From: Klebsormidium nitens
Lineage: Eukaryota; Plantae; Klebsormidiophyceae
Length of the DNA stretch: 64,000 bases
Direction of reading: 5' to 3'
NCBI GenBank assembly: GCA_000708835.1
Contig: DF237119.1
Coordinates: 1-64,000, forward strand
The stretch's first letter is position 1, and the number at the start of each line of letters is the position of its first letter. Position numbers and translations under genes: made by a program. Shown one piece after another: positions 22,259 through 33,760 of this stretch. Below the pieces are notes generated by a model. The model did not search any database. It worked only from the letters and a program-made list of their open reading frames with translations, and was not told the origin of the DNA.

Positions 22259-25200
22259 ATGCTGCGGTGGTGGGAGAGTTGTCTCCGTGGCATCCTGCAT
22301 TTGAGAGGAGCAGAAAGGTCTCAGTCTGATTCCATTCTAGCGGCCAGATTCAACACTGCAGCTTTCGCAAAGTCTTCCTCACATTCTGCTGAGCATACAT
22401 TTTGTCATTGTGGCAGGGGTCTTGCTCGCGGTAGCTTAAAGCATGCAGCAACATTTGACCAAGCCAGAGTCTGGCCAAGTCAGATGTCTCCTTTTTCAAA
22501 CCCCCTGAGAAGGAGTATTGTCCCCCTGCTATTCAGCAATGGGGCAGGAAGCGCTCAACGTGATGGCATCAGTAACTTTACTGCCTTAAGTGCGCTATCT
22601 TCACAATATTTGACAAAGTTCAGAGGACCTCTTCAGGTCAGCTTCAATGGTCAGAGGTACTACAGCACGGCAGCGCAGGTGGCGTCTTTAGAACCCCCCC
22701 CAACCGACAGCCTCCCTTCATGGGAGAGCGGCCCCCCCGCCGGCCGCTCCCGCTCGCAAACCAACTCTTTCTACGACGTCACAGTGGAGAAGTATGCCGC
22801 AAAACCGCTGTCCCCGCTCACTCTGAAGAAGATGCTCAGCTTCGGGGAGAGCATGGGGGGGGAGCAGCTAGAGCGGAAGGTCATCAAGAGCGCGCAGTTT
22901 GTGCAGAGCGAGCTGCCGGTGCGGTTGGCCAAGCGGTTACTGGATCTGCAGCTGTTGCCTTATATAGTGGTGACCAATCCGCATATCAAAAGAGTCTATG
23001 ACGCCTACCATCGCGCGTTTCTCGTGCTGAAGGACTTTCCGGAGGTGACAAGCATGGAGCAGAACCAGTATCTCACGGCACTGCTGACAAAGGTGAGACG
23101 ACTGAGGTTTTTGAGAGGAAGGGCCGAACTTTCACATCGCTGTGTCTTCGTGAGAGTTGCTCGAGCCAGTCTCTTACGACAGCCCCTTTCTTGGGGTGGA
23201 ATTCGATCCACACCGTCCTCTTGATTCTGAACAAGACGATCCTCTGTACAATAAGAAAGCGATGACAAATCTGAAATACGCAGTGGCTTTTATTTGAGAA
23301 GTCATGATCACTTCTTCAGTCCCCAACCAGTCTCCTGTCATTAACCGCCTTCTGGATAATCCTGTTTTAGAGCAAACGTTTATTCGAATTTGCAGTTGGT
23401 GGACGAGCATGGGCCACTGCTGACGAGCCTGGCCAAGGGCCTCAAGGAGTGCACCACGCGGCCCCTGGTTGGGCCTAGCCTCAGCCTTGACCCCTTCCTG
23501 GACAACATGTAAGCCACAAACGGTGAAGTACTGTCGTTTCGATAAGCAGACAGGCCCGTATTTATGTATGATGGCTTTTGATTAGCACTTGGCGGTGGGA
23601 ATATTTTGTACAGGGAAACTGTGTGAGTCATACGTTGCCGTGCGAAACCAAGTATGTTCAAAGCCATACTTAGTTTCGCACGGCAATGTATGACTCACAC
23701 AGTTTCCGTGTACAAAATCTTTCCACCGCCAAGTACTAATCAAAAGCTTGTTGTCTTCGTAACTTTTGTAGTCAGGTCAACTGAAGGTCCCTAGCCATGT
23801 ATCAGATCTTTTCGACATGTCAAAGTGGAAAAATGAAAAGAAGTAAACCGTCGGAATAGCTTCCCAAATTATTGACCGTGTCGATTGCCCCTAGGTTGCG
23901 CTCACGGATCAGCCGGCGAGTCATTGCCGAGCAGCACATCTGCTTCCAGCAACGGAGGGAGGGCTACATTGGCGTCATCTGCACTGAGGTGGGCGTCGAC
24001 TGCACACCATACGGCACCCTTCCATTCAGGATAGACACAAGAGTTCGCTGGTGGCAGGGTACACTCACAGTCCGTATTCATCGAATCAAAAGACACTTGC
24101 TCTGTCCACGTTTCCAGGTGGTCTTTGTTGATCTTTCTGTGGAGATATTTGGCTTATCCAAGTCGGGAGAGGGCTTGCAAATACCTTTCGTTCAACCCAA
24201 GGGACTTCTGACACGTCTGTCTCCTACAACGACCTACAGCTTTCGTATGCTAGTTCTCAAGCCGAAGGTTTTTTGCAGCTATCGGTGGCTCAGATACTGG
24301 GCGCAGCAATCGCGCGCACGGAGCAGGTGTGCCGGGACACATACGGCACACACCCGCAGTTCCAGGTGACGGGCGATGCGGACACAGTCTTCTCGTACAT
24401 TCCCGCGCACCTGGACTACATGTTCTTCGAGATCCTCAAGGTGGGGCATGACGTTATTTGCCACGTGGGCGTGCCTCAAGGTGGGGCATGACGTTATTTG
24501 CCGTGTGGGCGTGCCATTGTGGCTTTTGGCCGTGTCTAGCAGCGACGAGCTTCCTGCCGATTCCTTCTTGCCAACGCTTTGGAGTGGCCGCGGTCGCTTA
24601 TGCAAATAGATTCGCTCCCCCTCAGAGAGAGAAATCGCACAAATGGATTGAGTAAAAAGTAGTCAGCCTATTTTTCCGATTCGCAGTTTAAAGATCGGCA
24701 ACCTCCGCGATTGTAAGTAGAAGACCTCACGTGCTTTGTGGAATCGAACTCTGACCGCTCCGGGTATGGAACGGACTGAGAAGCAGATTCGCATCCGGCC
24801 GTGCAGAACGCATCTCGCGCTGTTGTGGAGCACCATTCTCGCATCGCTGGCTCGAGGGGCACTCGGCTGCCCCTCAAGTCCACGGCAATGCCACCGATCG
24901 TTGCGCAAGTGTGCAAAGGGACGAGGGAGGTCACGATCAAGGTAAGTCCAAGGCCTACTCGGTTTTCTTTCGGTCTAAAAGCAGAACAGGGACAGTTGAT
25001 ACTAGGTCCACTTGAGTTTGGTGGTAGCCTTTGAAGTGGTATCTAAGCAAGCTGATAAGAGGGACCGCCTGGTTTGAGAGGCAAGCTCATATTTGTAGGC
25101 ATCTTGATAAGTTAAAGTGCCAAGGTGCCTTCCGAAACTTGGGTTACACCAGCCTCCCTTCAATCCGTATCAGTCGATAATTGGTATCACCTGGTTATAG

Positions 25201-27193
25201 ACAGCGCAGTTTTACGAACGTCGATCTGATAGGGAAAAAGGTTTTTCTGAACCAAAATCGGTTACGCCTGATTGCAGATCTCTGACCAGGGGGGCGGGAT
25301 TGACGAAGAGGTTCAGCCAAAGGTAAGTCACCGTCTCAGATGTCGTTGGACTGATATTAAATGGCGTGCCACTGACGAAGGATGCCAATCGTATTCTGCA
25401 TTCGCGCATCTTGCAAGCATCACCGTTCACATCGGACTGCAGGAAGCGCCTTTGTATTTTTGGCGCGGGGACTTCTGCCAAACCGGAGAAAGCAAAAGAA
25501 TTGTTTATGCTATTTGTGAAGCTTGTTCAGGACGTTGCGTAGATGCAAACTCGTACAACGCGTTTTTGAGGAACAGATCGAGTAGATCGGACCCGACGTG
25601 CACTTTACCACTACCTCGACGAGAAAGAGCTGATAAATTTTTTGGGAAAGACTTTTTATACAGCACTTTGAGGCGTGTTCAGAGTAAATGCACGATATGG
25701 AGAAAGGAGAAGAACGAGTCAAAGAAAAGGGGATAAATTGTTAGGAACAGACTTTCTATGTAGCAAGTGAAGTGCATTCAGTAGATAGAAGAAGAACAAG
25801 TCAGAGAAAAGCGAAGAATCTGATTAAGGAAGACCTTTTGTACAACAACTTACAGTAAAGGCGTTTCAGTAGAATTGCACGATATGGAGAGAGAGATGAA
25901 CGAGTCAACCCACAATTTGCAGATCTGGAAGTACGGATACACTTCAGTGGACCCCACCATCTCTCTGGGCAGCAGTTCCGCATCGCCAGTGGCGGACTTC
26001 CGGACAGGGGGTAAGTATCACGGACTGTCCGAAAGCTCCTCCTAAACCGCGGAATGGCAGTGCTCAGAGAAGTTTGTCAAAGTGTTCCCCTCCGGGACAG
26101 CAGATGCCATATTGGGCGTTCTTCCAGATGACTCTCAGAGCGTCTTCTTTCCTGCAGCCCGTTGAATTGTGGCCACTCCTTTTGTCACTGTACTAGCCTC
26201 CGGACAGTTGCTTTCATTCTCCATTCTGCTGTTGCTCAGCTATTCCGCTGTTGTCAAGTCGAGATTGCTCTGAGATTGTATAGTTGCTCTGTGCATTCTG
26301 TGCTCGTGGAAGGAACACTCGAGTGCTTCTATCGTGGCCATGTAAGTTCTCAACAATTGCACAAACATTGAGGAACGCTTGGTATGCGTTCCGTAATTAG
26401 CAAACTCGCTTTCAGTGGTCATCGTGTCAGCCCATCACAACGTATGGTCGTCATAAGCAGTCTCAGATCTCATAGTCAGGCCTTACACCTTGCAGCTGCG
26501 ATGGATCCGATGGCTGGGCTCGGCTTTGGGCTGCCCGTCTCTCGCCTGTACGCTCAATATTTTGGGGGCAACATCGAGGTAAACTGTCCGGCTGAGCTGT
26601 TTTCCGGTTTCATCGCGGGCCTTGACTAGGCTGTGCAGGGTCAGATCTTTAAGCGGACCAACGAAAACGCACCGTTCGGAATACGCACCGTTCAGAGACA
26701 TCCGAGTCTTATCTTAGATCGTCGTGATTTCTGATGAGGGTGTGATCACAGTTTATTTAAGGTCGCGGGTGCTGCCGATTGCGCTGCTCCTATTGGCTAC
26801 ATACGATCCTCAAGCAACGAAGCCTTCGAGTAGTGCTTTGACGGGCTTCGGGAGAAGCAACTGAGACGACTCTGGAGGGTCTTGTTTTCGGGGGCCACGA
26901 CAACTTCAACATATTGGATTGTTGGTCAGGATTGCTTGGTTGCCCCGGCTAGCAGTTGGACTTTGTCACGACCGTCTGCCAAGAGGCCAGGAAGATTGCC
27001 TTTCCAAAAGTTTAGGGTTGATAGAAGCTCCGCCCCTTGAAGCTTCTTCTGCGGATTATTGTTCGAAAGGAATTCTCGCTGATGCGGGGGCGCACATGGT
27101 GGTGTGCAGCTTATGAGCATCCCGGGATACGGCACCGATGTCTACCTTCGGATACATCGGCTCGGAAACCAGTCGGAATACGTGGAGATTTAG
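22259..27193 (+). CDS. PDK: Mitochondrial pyruvate-dehydrogenase-kinase / BCKDK-family GHKL kinase, 9 exons (22259-23092, 23396-23508, 23895-23988, 24279-24440, 24807-24941, 25278-25322, 25923-26010, 26496-26578, 27110-27193)
   Basis: ELPVRLAKRL, N-box FEILKNASRAVVEHH, G1 ISDQGGGI, G2 MAGLGFGLPVSRLYAQYFGG, terminal SIPGYGTDVYL. All junctions are GT-AG and in phase. Long basic N-terminal presequence-like region. Confidence 0.92.
23574..23747. repeat. Near-perfect inverted repeat (about 83-bp arms, 8-nt loop) in PDK intron 2; candidate miRNA hairpin or foldback element
   Basis: Left arm gcttttgattagcacttggcggtgg…gtgcgaaaccaagtatg pairs with right arm catacttagtttcgcac…ccaccgccaagtactaatcaaaagc. 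Six differences by hand count; loop ttcaaagc. Confidence 0.9.
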
Positions 27194-28519
27194 TTTGGCA
27201 CCCTCCTCGCTCCCAGCATGCGGCGGGGTCGAGCAGATAGAAGGTCTCGGCAAGCAGCGAAAATCGGCTTCTGCATAGGTTATGTGTATTATGTTAGGTC
27301 AGCAGCAACTTTGGGAAGGCAAAGCGGGTGCTCTTGCAACTTTTTTTACTCATGGGCGGTATCTTATAGCTAGTTGGTCCAGTTCTTGCTCTGGGTAGCG
27401 TTCGGTGCCGTCCTATCTGGTCATCTCGGATTGATTGCTGTTGTAGTGTATGATCGGCCGCACGGTTTAGTAGGTCAAAATAGATATCAGATCGTTTGCA
27501 AGCGGCTCGCGCAGAATGCTCTTTTGAGGTGTGACGATAACAAGGGGCATTCATAGGTGGGTTGCACGGTCTGCGCAGCTCTGGCAGGCCGACAGTAGAT
27601 TTGCCTTTGAATCATCCCGTAGGAGTCCCCACACGATGTTGACGGATAAATAGGTCGTGGTGACCATGATGCTTTATTCTCACGATTGTAGATCAGATTG
27701 ATTTATCAGCGTTTACCTACATATTGCCCACAGCGGGCGACGTCATAGGCAGCCTGTTCTTGTTTCTCAAGAACTAGTCGAGAGCTGTAATTCTGCGTGA
27801 TAAGCCATCGCATCCGCGCATGCCGTCACGCTGCCGGCCTTGCAACGAGTTGGACATTGGCATGCGGACCATGCCTGGCAGCTAGCCATTGCATGATCGA
27901 TCGACGTGGGATACGGTTATCACGAGGCTTGTGTTAACATGCCCTCGACCAGATCATGCAATTGTATAGTATGAACGACAGTCTATTCTTTTGCTTTACC
28001 CAGTCGAAGGCCGGGCCGCCCCCATGCAATATTGGAGTGCGAGCTTGCGTGCGGAGCTAGTACAATCCAAGCTTCAAAGCAAGCATACATTGGCGAAGAA
28101 CTAGCTGCAAATATGTAGGGTTGTGCGGTCCAGCAACAGCGGCCACAGGGGCCGCGACTTTCAGATATCTTCCAAAACTTGCTAGCTCAAAGCTAGAGGT
28201 GTGATCGATGTATGGTGTAGGTAGAACGGTGAACACTAGTTTAAGTCCCTTCACTAGCTTGCGATTGCACTTATCTGTCAAGTTGACTCGACTGAAGCAG
28301 AAATCCAAATGTCCATAATCATAAGTGATCTTGTTACGTCATCCCCGGCTTTCCACGTCCCAATAAACCTATGACCCAATCGACATGAGCGAGCAATCGC
28401 TTTTCAGCTTTTCTATGCCTTGAGAAATCATTGCACTTAAGCCTAATGAGCAGACCGGAGCGCCAGCTCCACGCTGTCTTGCACACCTTTGATCGACCAG
28501 ATTCATCCCGTCTATGCCT

Positions 28520-31500
28520 CTACCCTCCTGCTAGCCGCGCAGGCGGCACGATACCAGTTATGTCCTCCTCGCCCTCATCCTCTTCTTCCTCCTCCCCCTC
28601 TAATTCCTCGTCCTCTTCTTCTTCCTCCCCCCCCCCCTCCTCCTCTTCTTCGTCTCCCCCTTCTAGTTCCTCCGCTTCTTCCCCACCATTTCGGTTCTCG
28701 TCTTCCCGCCCCCTCCTCCGCTTCTTCCCGGCTCTCCTCACCCGGCACACGATCACCGACACGTCGTCTTTGCTCCCGCCGCGCTCGCTCGCGCACACCA
28801 GGTCGCGGGCGACCACCTCCAGCTCCTTCTCCTGCGCCGTGTCGCCCCTGCACGCCCCCAACGGATCACGAACCCTAAGACGTCGTTGACGGGTAGATAA
28901 AAGCAATAGAGTTCGATGCCTCAAGTTGGTGTTTTTTGGAGCTAGTCCTCCTCAATTGCTTCAGCATCACGTATTGCAGACCGGACTTATCAAACTTGAC
29001 GCACTGAATTTGGAATTGCCTGCCGAGGGTGCTTACTACAAGGTTTCTCTGAACCGACAGGTCACTGACCTTTGAGTCCAGGGAGCCGCCTTGTCATCAG
29101 AAACGAAACACTGCCAGATCTCCTGCCAGACACAGTCTCTTTCTGACCCATTGATGACAAAGTCGAGCATCAACATCCTGCCAGGGACGGCTGCCAAAAC
29201 CCAAAGGAACGAGAGTAACACATGCAAACGATGGAAAGACGTTGCCTCCGGTTACCTGCTCTTCACCATTCGCGCCACTTCCAGTTCGCCCATTGCCCAA
29301 CTCAGACTTTCCAAGCCGACAAGACCGGGATGAGAGAGTTTCGCAACTTGATGAAGAAGCAGACACTACCGTGACTCGCCTGATCATCACCATGTTTGTG
29401 AATTCCAGATCACCATTTGCGCCGTTCTAGATCACCTTTTGCGCCGTTCTAGATCACCCGTCGCTGACATCGACAAGCAGGCTCACAGAGGCCAGTGAGA
29501 ATGTTCCTCAAGGCGCGAGGTCAAGTGCAAAACGGCCACTTGCCTGCTCATCACCATTTGCGCCACCTCTAGATCGCCCATCGCGTCCCAGAGGCCGTCG
29601 CTCGCGAGCACGAGGAACGAGGTTTGGCCCTCGGGGAGTTCCCCCGACCACACGTGCGGCTCCACGGTGATGTGGTCTGACACGTCCAAGTCTCCGAAGC
29701 CCCTGCAGAAGGGAACGGTGAAGGGAGGTGGGAACTAGGTGCGCGCGAGAAACAAGGTCCACTACGGGTTCGTACAATGCTTGCATGGGTCATATTGGCG
29801 TGTTGCGAGCTTAAGAGAGAATCTTCTGGGTGAGAAACTGGTTACAATTTTTGGGACTCTGAAGGGACTCGGGCATAAGTGATTTCACGCGTCTTCTCTG
29901 TTGGAATGGCAGGGTGCCTTTATACGTCCACCCTTTCCGTCAATCCGTCGTCCTTTCCGTTATGTTAAAATGGATGGAATGATGGAACGGAACGAGTCCC
30001 CAATTGCTGAGCCTTCCAGACGGACAGGCATACATACGGAGAGCATCGCACCTTTTGTCAGATACTCGTCGAATGTGAGTCGCCAATTCCTCAGGTAGCA
30101 TAAGGCCAACTCGCGGGGGGGCAGAGATACTACAAGCCCAAAGCAAGACACTTACGCGCTCCGCCCCGAACCCACCTTACCCAAGCCTAACACCACCCGT
30201 TTTCGGGCCACAATTGCATCCTGCATAGCCCTAACCTAATTTTAAAGGTCTATACTTGCCAGCATGAGGCACCCGGCAAACCCGCGTCTCTATTCTAGCT
30301 GCGAATCCTTTTCTCTTAACCCTGTCCCTTGAGAAGCGTTCTACTCTTCACACAAGCAAGCGCTACGAGGGACGAAGCGAAGGACAGAGAAGCGAAAATG
30401 CGCAACTCGCCGCACACCGCACGACAACACAGCGGAGGCACGAACGCACCTCGACGGCATCAGCCGCCCGTCGACCCGGCACACCCCGGTCTCTGGCTTG
30501 CAGACCACCTCCCCTCCGCGCGCGCGCACGCTCCGCGCCTCGCGCGGTTCGCTCGCGCGGTGCGTCTGTGTCAGCTCCTCGACCGTGACGTCCTCCTTGC
30601 AGAGGACCGCGCGCGCGTCGCCCGCGTTCGCGATCACCGCACGCGCGCCGCGGAACAGGAGCGCGGTCACGGCGACCGCGCCGCCGCGGCGGAGGTGGAG
30701 GCGCCGCTCCTTAAGCAGGATCTCCTGGTCGGAAGGGAAAACTTCGTGGTCGGAAAAGAAAGATTTACTGGTCGGAAGGATAAGACTTCCTGATTGGCAG
30801 AAAGAGAGGATGTCGAGACAGCCGGATAAGGCAGTCTGGCTAGATAATAAAAAACGCTGTGTTTAACGATACGTAAAGCTTCTGTGAACTTTTTTATTTA
30901 ACTTGATACTCTTTCGAACTACCTTTGTTTTCAAAGTAAGACACCCTTATATGCATTCCAGAAACATACGGTCGTTAACATCGTTCAACAACGGAGCCGC
31001 GTTCTAAACGATCCCGTGTCTTGATTGAGTAAGTTTTGAAGCCGGTCGGTTTGAGACATCTGGTGTCATCAACCTGGAATTTGCAACGGCCCTGCCGTCA
31101 CTAGAGTTCGTCTGATGTCGTTCAGGTGGCGCAAACACCTTCAACCTCGTCTGGATGTTTGTCAATGTCAGTTCGCATCGCTCGTGTTCGTCGTTCAAAC
31201 CAGCCAGGTTTTGAACCTGTCTGTATGATTCTCATCGTCTCTTTGTTGTTCGTTATTTGCTTCCTATGTGGTTAAAGTATTCGACCAAAGCGCTTCTCCG
31301 CCAGTCAAAGGCTTTCAGTTTTGCGGAGGGACGGGAACCAGATGTGAGTCTGCGTCAAACCGACTCAAGTCTCACCAGACTAGGTTTTGAAAAACGACGA
31401 ACAGTGACATCGTCCATGAGCTCTGAAGCTTCGAAGCGCTCTTTGATCTCTCCGCTTCTGTATGATTACAAACATTGACTTTGCTGCGAGCAGGAAATAT

Positions 31501-31987
31501 CTGCGAAGGAAATTGCGTCGCAAAAACTCTACTTGAACGCCATTACTCAAAGAGCAGAGCTCTCCGTCTCTAGATCTCTACTGCTTCCGAACCTAAACCC
31601 TTTGTTGATTATGCGGCAACTTCATGGGACAACTTGGGAATGAACGTATGTAATCTGATCCTTGGCTCGGATTTCAGGCGCCTACCCGGTTCATCTCCGC
31701 ATATGCCCGACTGAGTGCGTCCTCGTAGTCCCCCTCCTCAAACTCCGGCTCCTTCGTGACCTTCTCAAACAGGTGGTCCTTCAGATACTGCGACACGTGG
31801 CGGCCAGCGTGACCATCGTACACCCCAAACATGCCCACTTCCTGGCCGTTGATTTGCTCCAAACGAATCGCCACCGATCTTCGATGGGTTTGAGCGTGTG
31901 GTTGATTCCCGGGACGCTCGCCCACGCATACGTGACGTCATGCACGCGGCTCGCGCCGCTGCCGGACCGAATTTGCCTCTTGGGCAT
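28520..31987 (-). CDS. Protein phosphatase 2C (plant clade-F-like), 4 exons (31987-31686, 30724-30450, 29702-29544, 28847-28520), with an apparent 1-nt frameshift near 31875
   Basis: Motifs IED, FGVYDGHAG, IANAGDARAV, SRGFGD, LASDGLWD, GSKDDVSVIV; acidic C-tail. Exon 1 needs a frame switch between ORFs 31781-32116 and 31674-31925. Intron 3 uses a GC donor. Confidence 0.88.
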
Positions 31988-33760
31988 GGCGACTGAGTTT
32001 AGAACGAAGCGTGTGTGTCGCGTTCTTTGTCTGGTCTGTTCTTGTTGAGGAGATCTGCGTGTTGCAACGACTCTATGAAAGAGGGGCCTCGAAGTTACAA
32101 CAATTGCTCGTGACATTCATCAAAAGTCCCGGAAAGGAAGAGACCCAGAATGCTGCGCCGGAGCTTGTAGGCTACCTTGATGTTACTGAGTTCTTGATAC
32201 TGTTGCCTAAATCTGATCAGACGGTCCCGCTTGCGACCAAGCACACCTTTCCGCAAGTTGGCTGCTGTCCGAGAAGCAAGCTTTCCGTTTTCAAACTTTC
32301 CTCACGCAATCCGAAAGGTGAGTCGCAGTGTTTGGAGGACGCCTTGCGGTTTGGGTTCGTTCAAATACAGCTCTCCTCAATTGCAAGAATGCAGCTCAAC
32401 GGTCGGACTGAGCCGTGCTTGCATGCACGTGTTCAATCTGCACGTGCTTGAATGCAGCCCAGGTGGAGTTTGCGCCATAGAGCGGCCGCCCAGTGCGGCC
32501 TCTCGATGCGCGCGCGGCCGCGCAAGTGCTTCAGCGGCGGAACGATTCTATCACATGCAGGCAAATCACGCCTGTAACCTTTGCCCTTTGTTGAGATGCA
32601 GCATCGAACACCCCGTTTCTGGACTAGGTATTCGTACATGTGGTGGCCTTACCATGCCCGGTAGACCAGATTGGCAGTGGGCTTCAGCATTTCGAGCTCG
32701 ATCTTACTTGTAAAGATCGGCTTTCAGGCGAGCACAAAAGCATGAAGATCAATACATGCGCTGCCGATCGACACGTTATTTAAGATCGATCATGAGCACA
32801 TGTTCTGCTACTCATGCAGTGTGCAAAAACGTGAGGCAGACCCGACCCGACTATACATTACGGCACCATGATGTACGCACAAGTGAACGGCAGCAACTTA
32901 CTTCGGTAATTGCACCATGAGAAACCGTGTGGTCAAACCTCATCACACGGCTTGCTTCTGGCTCATGGTTCATGCCAGCAGGCTAAGTTGTGACGAACGA
33001 GCTCAGCATCCACGTCCTAGCTCTGGCCCCGGTGCTTTTTTTCATGCACATGGGCTCAGCTTTACAAGCTAAGCCTATATGGTTCAAATCGAACCGGCCT
33101 AATAATTGATGGCACGAGCTGGCAGTTTTGAAATTCACGTTAGTTGAGCCGGAAACACCTTGGCCCGGATCCCGATTGTGAACCAGCGTGCTACCTGTTC
33201 GTGAACCGAGAAAGTGACATGATGTATGCTGCGCATATGTGGTTGATCACAGATAAGCAGAATGGAGACGTGGGAAATCATCGTGAGAAAAACGATCGTG
33301 CAATCAGGAAAAAAACGTGACATCGTCGGAAGCCAATTTGGCATGAAGTTTTCGTGGTAACATGTGCCGTCCAAGCGTGTCTAAGCTAGAGGCTTATAGT
33401 CGGAACAGTGTACTTGTTCGCCGTAGCAGATCGTGCCTTTGCCCACTGTGTATAAAAGAACTCTTGACATAGAGAGAAGCTACTGCCATGCTCGATCACC
33501 GCTGGTTTCTGATCTCTGAGCCGCGTCCTTCCGTTGTTGCACGTATTTACAAACCAACTATATGGTGCAAGTAAGCTTTTCTCTGCACCAGCAATTTTCG
33601 TTAGAAAAAGCCCGGCAAAATTTTTCTACCCTGAAGGACATGCGCGCTACTAGCTTGACTAATTAGGCAGGGCCTTCTCTACACACTAGAGAAGGCCGGC
33701 TATCGTACATCGCCACGCGAGATATGTTACACCTGGCTCATCTAGAATATCTAGCAAGGC

